IMG/VR virus record: IMGVR_UViG_3300032242_001844
Origin: a virus
Reading direction: 5' to 3' (one strand)
DNA: 64,000 bases
In this document: one piece after another, positions 46,996-56,068 of the stretch
Position numbering within the stretch: position 1 is the stretch's first letter
Layout: each line of letters opens with the position of its first letter
Program-made: the position numbers and the translations under genes
The notes under the pieces: generated by a model
Database searches by the model: none
What the model saw: the letters and a program-made list of their open reading frames with translations, nothing else
What the model was told of the DNA's origin: nothing

Positions 46996-47304
46996 ATGTT
47001 TGATACCGATGAATTTATTGATACCGTACAAGACGCTAAGAAGACAATGGTTAAGACTTTTGTACAGAATGAAACTATTGCAAAGAGTATGAACGCATTT
47101 GTTGATGCACAGACTGCTTATACTAAAGATGCTGTTAAGGCAGCAGCAAGCGCAATGGGCGTTATTTCCAGTGAAATGGCAAAGTCAGTTGAAGAAGTTA
47201 GTGCTGGCAAGCATTTCAAGAAGATGCAAGAACAGGTTTCAAATGATCTTTACAGCACTTTCTGGAAAGAAGCATTCAAATTTTATACCCCATCATACAA
47301 ATAA
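46996..47304 (+). CDS. phasin-like amphipathic helical protein
   Basis: AAGGAG RBS; Ala/Lys-rich helix FIDTVQ.AKK..V...FVDAQT.Y.K; upstream TGC-rich operator. Confidence 0.5.
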   Translation: MFDTDEFIDTVQDAKKTMVKTFVQNETIAKSMNAFVDAQTAYTKDAVKAAASAMGVISSEMAKSVEEVSAGKHFKKMQEQVSNDLYSTFWKEAFKFYTPSYK

Positions 47305-47365
47305 TTTGACATTTTAATTTAATTGTCATATTATAGATATTAAATATCTACAAAGGAGATAATCG

Positions 47366-47770
47366 ATGAATACTATTATTGCATTATTTGGACTTGCTAT
47401 TCTTATCGCAGTGATTTACAAGTTGCTAAATCATAAAGATAACACGCCTGATCCATTAGATAAGTTAGAAGCGGATGCTAAAGCAAAGTTAGCAGAAGCA
47501 GAAAAGGCAGCAAAGGCAAAGATGGACGAAGTATTACATGTTGCTGAAACTGCCGTTGAATCACTAAAGGCAATTACTAAACCAGAAGGTATGAGTGATG
47601 CAGAATGGGCAATGAGTGATCAAAACCCAAGTCGCGTTGAAGTAGCGCCAGTTATTGTCACTGCTGACGCGCCAGTTGCAGAAGATGTGCCAGTTGCAGA
47701 AGATGTGCCAGCCAAGAAGCCTCGTGCTAAGAAGGCTGCTGCTCCAAAGGCACCAAAAAAGTCTAAGTAA
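47366..47770 (+). CDS. membrane-anchored protein with Lys/Ala-rich tail
   Basis: N-terminal TM, tandem PVAEDV repeat, KKPRAKKAAAPK. Confidence 0.7.
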   Translation: MNTIIALFGLAILIAVIYKLLNHKDNTPDPLDKLEADAKAKLAEAEKAAKAKMDEVLHVAETAVESLKAITKPEGMSDAEWAMSDQNPSRVEVAPVIVTADAPVAEDVPVAEDVPAKKPRAKKAAAPKAPKKSK

Positions 47771-47818
47771 TTCAAAGACTTGCGGCATCGGCACGAGCCA
47801 AAACTAAAGATGTCCGTT

Positions 47819-47847
47819 AAAAACACCGCTTCGGCGGTGTTTTTTTT
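47819..47847 (+). terminator. rho-independent terminator
   Basis: ACACCGC-TTCG-GCGGTGT followed by a T run. Confidence 0.9.
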
Positions 47848-47890
47848 GCTTGACAATGTTAAAATCTATGCTATATTAAGAGTATAAGCA

Positions 47891-48244
47891 ATGGAGGCAG
47901 GTATGATTGTTACGGTAAAAAACACTATGTACGGACAAACCAAACAATTTTCCTATGAAGGCGAAGAAGTTTCTGTTCCTAAATGGGTAGATTATCCTGC
48001 GGTTGCTCTTACGACAGGTGATCGCAAGTTTCCAGTCCGCATCATTGCTCGTGAGCATATTGTTAAAATCAACGGCGATGTAGTCACATCAAAAGTTATT
48101 ATTCCTGCTAATAAACGCCAATTTCAAGTTACTGGCACCAATGGAAACACTTATGTTGTTACCGTTGATGGTGCGTATAAATCTTGCACTTGCAGCGGAT
48201 TTCAATTTCGTCGTAGTTGTAAACATATTGTCGGAGTTGAATAA
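47891..48244 (+). CDS. SWIM zinc-finger protein
   Basis: CTCSGF.FRRSCKH. Confidence 0.8.
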   Translation: MEAGMIVTVKNTMYGQTKQFSYEGEEVSVPKWVDYPAVALTTGDRKFPVRIIAREHIVKINGDVVTSKVIIPANKRQFQVTGTNGNTYVVTVDGAYKSCTCSGFQFRRSCKHIVGVE

Positions 48245-48468
48245 TGGATAATGTAATTGATTGTAAAAACATGTTTATTAACATGCGTATGATGACGATG
48301 GTGAAACGATATTTGCGCGATAGTGGCAAGGACAGTGAAGCCACTGTTGAGTTTTATCCTGATGATGCAAGTCCAACGGGCATTGGGCTGGTGCTTGTTG
48401 ATAGAAACGGTCATTCTAAAAAAATTAGTAACGATATCATTAATAATTTATTGACAAAGGTTTCATAG
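48244..48468 (+). CDS. hypothetical protein
   Basis: GGAG RBS, coupled; ends in TAG. Confidence 0.6.
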   Translation: MDNVIDCKNMFINMRMMTMVKRYLRDSGKDSEATVEFYPDDASPTGIGLVLVDRNGHSKKISNDIINNLLTKVS

Positions 48469-48489
48469 CCATATATATTAGTATCAATA

Positions 48490-49536
48490 ATGGAGCTTGA
48501 ATTGTCAAAGAATGTATTAGTTACGGGTGGTGCAGGTTTTATTGCTACCCATGTTATCGACCATATCCTTAAAACTACTGATTGGAATATCATCAGTCTT
48601 GATCGTTTAGATTTTAGTGGTAATCTAAATCGTCTTAATGATATGATGCAAGACCATAGCCCACAGACACGAGCACGAGTAAGGGTAATCTTCCATGATC
48701 TTAAGGCAGAAATTAACCCCCTTACGAAGACTCGTATTGGCAATGTTGATATTATTCTTCACCTTGCCGCTGGCAGTCATGTGGATCGTAGTATCGATTA
48801 TCCAATGGAATTCGTCATGGATAATGTGGTTGGAACTTGCAATATCCTTGAGTTTGCTCGTAAGTGTGATAATTTAGAACGCTTTGTATATTTCTCAACC
48901 GATGAAGTATTTGGACCTGCACCTGTTGGCGTGAACTATGGTGAGTATGATCGCTATAACAGCGGCAATCCATATAGTGCTGCTAAGGCAGGTGGCGAAG
49001 AACTTGCAGTAGCATATGAAAATACCTATGGTTTGCCAATCTATGTAACTCATACTATGAATGTATTTGGGGAGCGTCAGCATCCAGAGAAATTTATTCC
49101 TATGTGTATCCGTAAGGCGCGTGATGGAGAAACGATTACTGTGCACAGTGATAAGACTCGCACTATTCCTGGTTCTCGTCACTACATCCATGCAAAGGAT
49201 GTTGCCGAAGCCCTTATGTTTATTCTTGAACTTAAAAACTTTGTAATACCGCCAGAGTTTGGCGGAGCAAAATGTCCTAAATTTAATATTGTTGGCAAAC
49301 AAGAAATTAATAATCTTGAACTTGCCAAGATCATCGCCAACTCACAAGATAAACAGTTACACTATGAAATGGTTGATTTTCACAGCAGTCGTCCTGGACA
49401 TGACCTTCGTTATTCACTGAGTGGTGAATTTATGAAGAGCCTTGGTTGGGAACCCAAGATTGAACTTACAGAACGCATTAAACAAGTTGTAGATTGGACT
49501 CTTGCTCGTCCAGATTGGTTAAATTTAGATGCCTAA
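48490..49536 (+). CDS. NDP-sugar 4,6-dehydratase (RfbB/RmlB-like SDR)
   Basis: GGAGFI, AAGSHVDRS, STDEV, YSAAK, RPGHD.RY. Confidence 0.9.
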   Translation: MELELSKNVLVTGGAGFIATHVIDHILKTTDWNIISLDRLDFSGNLNRLNDMMQDHSPQTRARVRVIFHDLKAEINPLTKTRIGNVDIILHLAAGSHVDRSIDYPMEFVMDNVVGTCNILEFARKCDNLERFVYFSTDEVFGPAPVGVNYGEYDRYNSGNPYSAAKAGGEELAVAYENTYGLPIYVTHTMNVFGERQHPEKFIPMCIRKARDGETITVHSDKTRTIPGSRHYIHAKDVAEALMFILELKNFVIPPEFGGAKCPKFNIVGKQEINNLELAKIIANSQDKQLHYEMVDFHSSRPGHDLRYSLSGEFMKSLGWEPKIELTERIKQVVDWTLARPDWLNLDA

Positions 49537-50266
49537 GAAAACAGAAAAGAAATACGGCGTATTGATTACTAGTGCTATTAATGCAAAGTTTTCAATTTAT
49601 AGTCCAGAAGAAAGACTAGCACAAACGCTAGAAACTATTAAGAGCGTTCGTGAACGCATTCCAAATGCTGTTATTTGTTTAACAGATTGCAGTCAACCTG
49701 GAATTAGTGAAGAAGTTGCCGCACAACTAAACTCTGCAAATGTTGATTATTTTATAGATTTTAGTGACGATGATAATGTGAAATGGATTCATGATAATAT
49801 TACTGTTCAAGATGTTGTAAAAAACTTAACTGAACTTGGCGTGGTACAGGGTTTTTTTAATATTGCGCAGGAAGAAGGTTGGTTCAAAGATTGTGACCGT
49901 GTGTTTAAGGTCAGTGGTCGCTATACACTAACTGAAAAGTTTAATACTAAAGACTATGAAAATGACATTGTTGGTGACAAGTATGTTGTTTCTAAGCGTA
50001 TGTTAAGTCAATTTGTTCCAGGAGTTACTGGCACAGACCAGCAGTATATGTTGCGTGTATATAGCATGGGTGCTAACAGAATCCCAGAGTTTTTGTTATT
50101 GCTCGGTGATATGACTGAATATATGCAAGAACGAGTTAATGCTGGCGCTTACATTGATATTGAGCATCTTTGGTATAAATTTTTACCAACAGAAGATATC
50201 ATTGAATTTGATCGCACTGGCGTAAAGGGTTTGGTTGCTCCCAACGGACTAGCAATTGAAAACTAA
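49529..50266 (+). CDS. hypothetical protein, glycosyltransferase-like
   Basis: ITSAI, R..QT..TI.S, FKVSGRY, DIEH motifs; coupled to the dehydratase. Confidence 0.5.
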   Translation: MPKKTEKKYGVLITSAINAKFSIYSPEERLAQTLETIKSVRERIPNAVICLTDCSQPGISEEVAAQLNSANVDYFIDFSDDDNVKWIHDNITVQDVVKNLTELGVVQGFFNIAQEEGWFKDCDRVFKVSGRYTLTEKFNTKDYENDIVGDKYVVSKRMLSQFVPGVTGTDQQYMLRVYSMGANRIPEFLLLLGDMTEYMQERVNAGAYIDIEHLWYKFLPTEDIIEFDRTGVKGLVAPNGLAIEN

Positions 50267-50272
50267 AAATAT

Positions 50273-50347
50273 TGGGGAATCGTCTAACTGGTAGGACATC
50301 GGACTTTGACTCCGCGAACGGTGGTTCGAATCCATCTTCCCCAGCCA
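50273..50347 (+). tRNA. tRNA-Gln(UUG)
   Basis: TGGGGAA/TTCCCCA, loop CT-TTG-AC, GGTTCGAATCC, GCCA end (U1-A72, G73). Confidence 0.95.
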
Positions 50348-50472
50348 AAATTATTGTCATTGATTTAGTAATACTATTAAATTAAATTTGCTTTATACTC
50401 CAAAGTGTGGTTAAATATACTTGCTTACAACAGTAAGCAGACATTACACATAAACACACAAAGGAGAAAATA

Positions 50473-50703
50473 ATGTCAAATCCATATATGCTTCGTCTTG
50501 AATTGTTAAAAATGGCACAACAAGCACTTGATAATGAATATTACCAAAAAGTTGATTTGGTTAGAACCGATTGGAATAATAAAGTTACACTAGGTATGGA
50601 AAGTAATAAAATTATTCCACAACCAGACCTTCCACCAATCTATACAATGGAACAGATTGTTGAAAAGGCGCAGATTCTAAATAACTTTGTTAGTCAAGGT
50701 TAA
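50473..50703 (+). CDS. small conserved phage protein
   Basis: AAGGAG RBS; NPY.LRLELLKMA...A..LN.FVS. Confidence 0.75.
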   Translation: MSNPYMLRLELLKMAQQALDNEYYQKVDLVRTDWNNKVTLGMESNKIIPQPDLPPIYTMEQIVEKAQILNNFVSQG

Positions 50704-50710
50704 TTAAGGA

Positions 50711-50856
50711 TAGGTGCGGCGGCGTGGATAGGACACGCATCCCTATGATACGGGGCGAAATGGAAATACGATGTAACTAGCGAGCGAGGGAAGATAAGCC
50801 CTGCGGCTCTTTATAATACCAATCTAATTTGTAGGTATAAATCCTACCCGCACCTA
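50711..50856 (+). ncRNA. tRNA-like ncRNA with ~74-nt variable-region insert
   Basis: GGTGCGG/CCGCACC acceptor, GCGT/ACGC D arm, CCCT-ATGATAC-GGGG anticodon-like arm, GTAGG-TATAAAT-CCTAC T arm. Confidence 0.65.
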
Positions 50857-50873
50857 CTCCTAAATATTGACGC

Positions 50874-51623
50874 ATGAATTATTACAGAACAGTGGCAATT
50901 AGCGATGTGCATCTTGGCACAAAAATGAGTCAGCCTGTGGCTCTGCTTGAGTTTATCAAGACATTTGAATGTGAGCGTCTTTATCTTGTAGGCGATATTA
51001 TTGATGGTTGGGCTATGAGCAAATCATTTTACTGGCCGCAAGAACACAATGATGTCATACAAAAACTTATGCGCATGGCTCGCAAAGGTACGATTGTTAC
51101 ATACTTGCCTGGCAACCACGATGAGTTTCTGCGCAGTTTTGGTGACCACCATTTTGGTAATATTATTCTTACTGATACAATAATGCATAGCGGGTTGGAT
51201 GGTAAGAAATACATTGTTATGCACGGCGATCAGTTTGATGTGGTTGTCAAGAATATGAAATGGCTATCGCATATTGGCAGTTGGGCTTATGATGTTCTCA
51301 TTGCACTTAATGTTGCTGTAGCAAAGATTCGTGATACCCTGCGCCTTCCGCACTGGAGCTTAAGTGCATGGGCAAAGTACAAAGTTAAGCAAGCAGTAAA
51401 TTTCATTGGCGACTTTGAAGAAAATCTATCCAAGTTTGCTAGAGTTAAAGGCGCTGATGGTATTATATGCGGACATATACATCATGCAAATATTCGTGAA
51501 ATTGGTGATATAAAATATATGAACTGCGGCGATTGGGTAGAGAGTTGCACTGCTCTTGTTGAAACCTACGAAGGCAAGTGGGTTATTATTAAATACACAC
51601 ATGCGGATCACATTAGTAACTGA
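50874..51623 (+). CDS. UDP-2,3-diacylglucosamine hydrolase-like metallophosphoesterase (LpxH-like)
   Basis: SDVHLG, GDIIDGW, GNHD, HGD.FD, CGHIH, NCGDWVESCTAL. Confidence 0.88.
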   Translation: MNYYRTVAISDVHLGTKMSQPVALLEFIKTFECERLYLVGDIIDGWAMSKSFYWPQEHNDVIQKLMRMARKGTIVTYLPGNHDEFLRSFGDHHFGNIILTDTIMHSGLDGKKYIVMHGDQFDVVVKNMKWLSHIGSWAYDVLIALNVAVAKIRDTLRLPHWSLSAWAKYKVKQAVNFIGDFEENLSKFARVKGADGIICGHIHHANIREIGDIKYMNCGDWVESCTALVETYEGKWVIIKYTHADHISN

Positions 51624-52602
51624 TACTTTTTTACCAAGCGTCAACGGCGTTGTAACTACCCTTGCCAATACTGTAAAAGAATTAGAAAACCGTGGACACA
51701 TAGTTCAGGTTATTGAACCGAGCCAATTCAAAACCGTGCCAGCGCCCAACTATAAAGAAATTAGATTGGCATGGAATATCTGGCGTGTTGGGCCAATGAT
51801 AGAAGAATTTAAACCGCATGCTATACACATTGCCACAGAAGGTCCACTAGGCTTTGCTGCTCGTTGGTATTGTAAAGTTGATAAGCGCAGTATTCCACAT
51901 AACACAAGCTATCATACCAAGTTTCCAGAATACTTTAACAAATATCTTGGTATTCCTGTTGATTGGGGATACTGGTTTATTCGTTGGTTCCATAAGTTTT
52001 CTACACGAGTGTTAGTTACTAATGAAACTATGATGCGTGAATTAAGTGAGCGTGGATTTGAACATCTTGCCGTGTGGAACCGTGGGGTAGATACCACAAT
52101 ATTCAATCCACAACGCAGAGAAATTACTGGTGTTAAAAAACCTATTATACTTTGTGTAAGTCGTGCTAGTATTGAAAAAGGTCTTGATGATTTCTGTTCA
52201 TTAAGAATAGATGGCACGAAGATACTCGTAGGCGATGGTCCATATCTTGCGGAACTAAAACGAAAATATCCGCACATCAATTATGCTGGTTATAAGAGTG
52301 GCGTAGAATTAGCGCAATATTATGCTAGCGCAGATGTGTTTGTATTTCCAAGTAAGACAGATACATTTGGTGTGGTTATGTTAGAAGCAATGGCGTGTGG
52401 AACGCCTATAGCTGCTTATCCTGTCACTGGACCAACAGATATTATTATAAATGGCGTAAATGGCTGCATGGATGATGATTTAGAAACAGCCATTGAGTGC
52501 GCTTTGCGTTGTAATCGTAAATATGTATACGAAAGCAGCAAAGATTATACTTGGACAAAGTGCACAGATAGTTTTGTGAATAATTTGCGACAAATCAACT
52601 AA
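51601..52602 (+). CDS. GT4 family glycosyltransferase
   Basis: TD...P.VNGV, HIATEGPLG, YHTKFPEY, FPSKTDTFG.V.LEAMACGTP. Confidence 0.9.
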   Translation: MRITLVTDTFLPSVNGVVTTLANTVKELENRGHIVQVIEPSQFKTVPAPNYKEIRLAWNIWRVGPMIEEFKPHAIHIATEGPLGFAARWYCKVDKRSIPHNTSYHTKFPEYFNKYLGIPVDWGYWFIRWFHKFSTRVLVTNETMMRELSERGFEHLAVWNRGVDTTIFNPQRREITGVKKPIILCVSRASIEKGLDDFCSLRIDGTKILVGDGPYLAELKRKYPHINYAGYKSGVELAQYYASADVFVFPSKTDTFGVVMLEAMACGTPIAAYPVTGPTDIIINGVNGCMDDDLETAIECALRCNRKYVYESSKDYTWTKCTDSFVNNLRQIN

Positions 52603-52617
52603 AGAATAACTAATGGC

Positions 52618-53502
52618 ATGAGCACAGTGTGGATTTTAAGTCAACATCGTGATAGCTATGAGAATGGTCGTTTGCTTGGCGCATTTGCTGCTAAGAGCAT
52701 CGACGCAAAACTCATGCATCCCGATAATTTTGATATCATAGTTAATCGTAGCAAGAATAAAAGTATTCGCTACCAAGGTGATCTTATCGCCATGCCTAAA
52801 CTTGTTCTAACGCGAACAGGTGCTGGCACAAATTATTTTAGTAGTGCAGTTATGCGACATCTTGAAAAGTATAATGTACAGACAATCAACAGCAGTGATG
52901 CTATCAATAATGTGCGCGATAAACTACTTGCACACCAGATACTAGTTGCAAATAATATTCCAACGCCTAAAACAATGCTAGTAAAATTTCCTGTTCATAT
53001 CACAACTGTTGAACAAGAGATTGGTTTTCCTTGCGTTGTTAAAGTGCTGCAAGGTTCGCATGGCAAAGGCGTTCATCTTTGCCCAACAAAAGAACACTTT
53101 GTTAATTTAATGGACCTAGTTGATAATCTTGGCGTAAAGAAAACCATGATTGTTCAAGAGTTTATTGATGCTGGAGTTGGCACTGATCTGCGTGTATGGG
53201 TAATTGGCGGAAAGTGTGTAGGTGCCATGAAACGCATTGGACCAGAAGGCGATTTCCGTGCTAATATTACTAATGGTGGAACTGGCGAACCATTTACTAT
53301 CACTGATGAGATTGATCTGTTATGTCGTGAAACCGCCAAGTGCCTCAGTTTAGACATTGCTGGTATTGACTTGCTATTTGACAAAGATGGTTATAAAGTT
53401 TGTGAAGCTAACAGTGCGCCTGGCTTTGAAGGTTTTGAAAAGTATTGCGGTCTTGACATTGCAAGCGAGATAGTCAATTATATTGCATTTAAAATTTCTT
53501 AA
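52618..53502 (+). CDS. RimK-family ATP-grasp ligase
   Basis: DKL, P.VVK..GSHGKGV, QEFI, DLRV.VIGG, FRAN...GG, GIDLL, EANSAPGF. Confidence 0.9.
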   Translation: MSTVWILSQHRDSYENGRLLGAFAAKSIDAKLMHPDNFDIIVNRSKNKSIRYQGDLIAMPKLVLTRTGAGTNYFSSAVMRHLEKYNVQTINSSDAINNVRDKLLAHQILVANNIPTPKTMLVKFPVHITTVEQEIGFPCVVKVLQGSHGKGVHLCPTKEHFVNLMDLVDNLGVKKTMIVQEFIDAGVGTDLRVWVIGGKCVGAMKRIGPEGDFRANITNGGTGEPFTITDEIDLLCRETAKCLSLDIAGIDLLFDKDGYKVCEANSAPGFEGFEKYCGLDIASEIVNYIAFKIS

Positions 53503-53515
53503 AAATAATTAAAAA
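53489..53515. repeat. 27-bp direct repeat, copy 1
   Basis: TTAAAATTTCTTAAAAATAATTAAAAA, identical to 54891-54917. Confidence 0.8.
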
Positions 53516-53593
53516 ATAATTTGCATTTATAATATTTCTTTGGTATATTAATATTATCAACTCATAGTTGATACAACCGAAGAAAGAGAAACA

Positions 53594-54775
53594 ATGAATC
53601 ATTTCATTACAGTAAATCCTATATTTCAGAACTACACTGTTTCAAAGAATGGCGATCACGATTATATCAACATTCCTATGAACAAATTTCTACAACTAGA
53701 CCCAATTCCAGTTAATCGGGATAGTGAGAATCGAATTGGCAAGATGATGAAGACATTTTCTACCGTTTATGCCAAAAACAAACTGCATACTATGACCGAG
53801 TTTGCGCTTGGAATTGTTGTCAAAGATTTTATTGATCCCGAAACAATGTATCAATATAAGATTGGCAATTTATACATTATTGATGGCAATACTCGCCAGC
53901 ATTTCTGGAAAACAAATCCAGATAAAGCAATGTTGCATACTAATGGGCTTACAGGTCGTATTCACTACCTATCTAGTATTGAAGATGTTGAATTTTCATA
54001 CAAGATGTACAACAATGCAAAGAGTGCTGAAACTATTTCAGAACAATTGCAAGGTCTTCTTCGTAGATTTAAATTTGAGCCAAATTCTGGTACTTTGCGC
54101 AAGGGTAACTTTTCGCAAGCATTGGCATGGGCAAGCATGGTTCCAAAAACTTCTACTAAAACTTTTCTGGAACAATTCCAGATGAATTTAGAAGGCATCA
54201 AGATTACTGATTCAATTCCCAGTAGTGGAGTAAACAGTATTTGGAATCCAACAATGAAAGGTATCAGTGCCTCTCCTATTCATGCTGCTATTCTGCTTGC
54301 AATTAGATTAAACCCTAACAATGCAAACTTATACTTACTAATCAACAAGTTAGCTACTGTTACTGCAAACGATCTTAAATTTGCTATTGCAGCAGATAAA
54401 GTTGATGCTGCCGACATTATTGCTCTTGAATATAATAAACTTTCTCATATGAGAGCAAAGAATGGCAATGCAGAACCATGGCTAAAGAATATGGCTGGAT
54501 TAACGACATATGAAAGCCGAATTCCACAGATGGATTTTCTTATGTATTATATTGGACAATACATGGATGATCCAAATAAACAATGGAGTTTGCGTTTTGG
54601 TATTTCAAGTGATCGTTGGGAAAAAGCCTACGAAAATTTCTTTACTGCCTATAACGGGACACTTCATCCCAGTTTTAAATTTGATGATTATTCATTGATG
54701 GAAAAAACATTAAATTTAAAACCTAACAGTCTTGCTGCTACAGTTTTAACTAATAAACCAAGTTTCCAACACTGA
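53594..54775 (+). CDS. hypothetical protein with ParB/Srx-like N-terminal domain
   Basis: NR...IIDGNTR...N motif; own promoter and terminator. Confidence 0.55.
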   Translation: MNHFITVNPIFQNYTVSKNGDHDYINIPMNKFLQLDPIPVNRDSENRIGKMMKTFSTVYAKNKLHTMTEFALGIVVKDFIDPETMYQYKIGNLYIIDGNTRQHFWKTNPDKAMLHTNGLTGRIHYLSSIEDVEFSYKMYNNAKSAETISEQLQGLLRRFKFEPNSGTLRKGNFSQALAWASMVPKTSTKTFLEQFQMNLEGIKITDSIPSSGVNSIWNPTMKGISASPIHAAILLAIRLNPNNANLYLLINKLATVTANDLKFAIAADKVDAADIIALEYNKLSHMRAKNGNAEPWLKNMAGLTTYESRIPQMDFLMYYIGQYMDDPNKQWSLRFGISSDRWEKAYENFFTAYNGTLHPSFKFDDYSLMEKTLNLKPNSLAATVLTNKPSFQH

Positions 54776-54782
54776 ATAATAT

Positions 54783-54812
54783 AACCCCGTAAAGAAATTT
54801 ACGGGGTTTTTT
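54783..54812 (+). terminator. rho-independent terminator
   Basis: AACCCCGTAAA-GAAA-TTTACGGGGTT followed by a T run. Confidence 0.88.
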
Positions 54813-54829
54813 CTTGGGTAAACATATTC

Positions 54830-54904
54830 ATGAAAAAAATTTTACTATCTCCATGGACTGCACTCATCACGCTGACAATTGTATTTGCCATTAAAATTTC
54901 TTAA
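54830..54904 (+). pseudogene. 24-codon N-terminal remnant of a membrane protein gene
   Basis: MKKILLSPWTALITLTIVFAIKIS* ends inside the 27-bp repeat. Confidence 0.4.
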
Positions 54905-54917
54905 AAATAATTAAAAA
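54891..54917. repeat. 27-bp direct repeat, copy 2
   Basis: Identical to 53489-53515. Confidence 0.8.
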
Positions 54918-54951
54918 TTAATAAGTTATTGTGTCTGTTAATACACTTACA

Positions 54952-55113
54952 TTATTTCTCTTTATGTTTCTTGTTTAATTCTATGTATTCATCTGCTGCT
55001 TTTTTACTTCGTAGTATTACTATTAACCTTCCATGGAAATACACAGTAAAATATCGTTCACCATTTACATGGCGATGTTCTTCAACTTGATAAGGATACT
55101 GTGTATTTTCCAC
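54952..55113 (-). CDS. small hypothetical protein
   Basis: GTG start, 53 aa (VENTQYPYQVEEHRH...KHKEK). Confidence 0.4.
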   Translation of the reverse strand: MENTQYPYQVEEHRHVNGERYFTVYFHGRLIVILRSKKAADEYIELNKKHKEK

Positions 55114-55151
55114 TTCATTAGTTTACCACCAAATACTTAACAAAACATTAA

Positions 55152-55340
55152 TTATTTTTTCTTCTTTGGTGCCTTTTTGTGAACCTTGCTCTTGCAAGCT
55201 GTTGGGTTCTTTACAGGATCGCAAGCACTGTGCACAACTTTAGCCTTTGGTGTCTTTGTTGCTGTTGGTGCTGGTGTATTTGCTGCGAAAGCACTGCTAC
55301 TAAATGCTAACATTGTTGCTATTAAAATAATTTTACGCAT
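55152..55340 (-). CDS. small secreted basic protein
   Basis: Signal peptide MRKIILIATMLAFSSSAFA, two Cys; AAGGA RBS, TAAATA upstream. Confidence 0.7.
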   Translation of the reverse strand: MRKIILIATMLAFSSSAFAANTPAPTATKTPKAKVVHSACDPVKNPTACKSKVHKKAPKKKK

Positions 55341-55384
55341 AGGATTTCCTTTTTTAAGTTTTCCCACCTAGATATTTATTGCCT

Positions 55385-55999
55385 TTACCATGGCAGCGGC
55401 ATAAAAAACCAAATACCATCTGCTAGTAGCACCAGTCCAATAATACCAACGCCAATGCTGCCATACCATAGCAACATACTTACTGCTAGAATAGCAGTGG
55501 TGCTTAATACAATAGCAATTTGTAATATTGTGCCAGCCATGCCAAAGAACGGACTGCGTTTTTTTAGTGAATCTCGCTCACTTTCAAGTGCACGAGCTTT
55601 TGCCATAATTTCTTTTTTGCCATCACCTTTAGGATCGCTTTCTAAACGATCAACTACGCCTTGATAACGGTCAGCGCGTTCTGCAAGTAGTTTACGCACA
55701 TTGGTTGGTGTTGTAGGGTCTTCTAGCTGTGCACGAATATCTTCCATGTTTACAAAATAAAGATTTTGCTTAATACTCTTAGCTTGGTAGAATGCCCAAG
55801 TATCATTTAGCTCTACATTATTAGATAATATCTTGCCACTTACTTGCCCGCCTAACCAAGCAGTTACTGCTAGTATTGCAGCAAAAATTGTAATCGTTAC
55901 GCTTGCTAGTCCTTTTAAAACTGCTTCGCCTTCACTGCGGCTTAGCACCTTGCCGTTTTTATCTTTTAATACCATATCTACCATCCTTGTAAAATCCAT
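55385..55999 (-). CDS. DUF4337-like membrane protein
   Basis: WAFYQAKSIKQ, LQIAIVL motifs; TM helices. Confidence 0.7.
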   Translation of the reverse strand: MDFTRMVDMVLKDKNGKVLSRSEGEAVLKGLASVTITIFAAILAVTAWLGGQVSGKILSNNVELNDTWAFYQAKSIKQNLYFVNMEDIRAQLEDPTTPTNVRKLLAERADRYQGVVDRLESDPKGDGKKEIMAKARALESERDSLKKRSPFFGMAGTILQIAIVLSTTAILAVSMLLWYGSIGVGIIGLVLLADGIWFFMPLPW

Positions 56000-56068
56000 A
56001 AAAAATCTATCCTACAACAGCAGTACTTATAACCAGTTATATGACAATTAGACTACTAAAAATCATAC

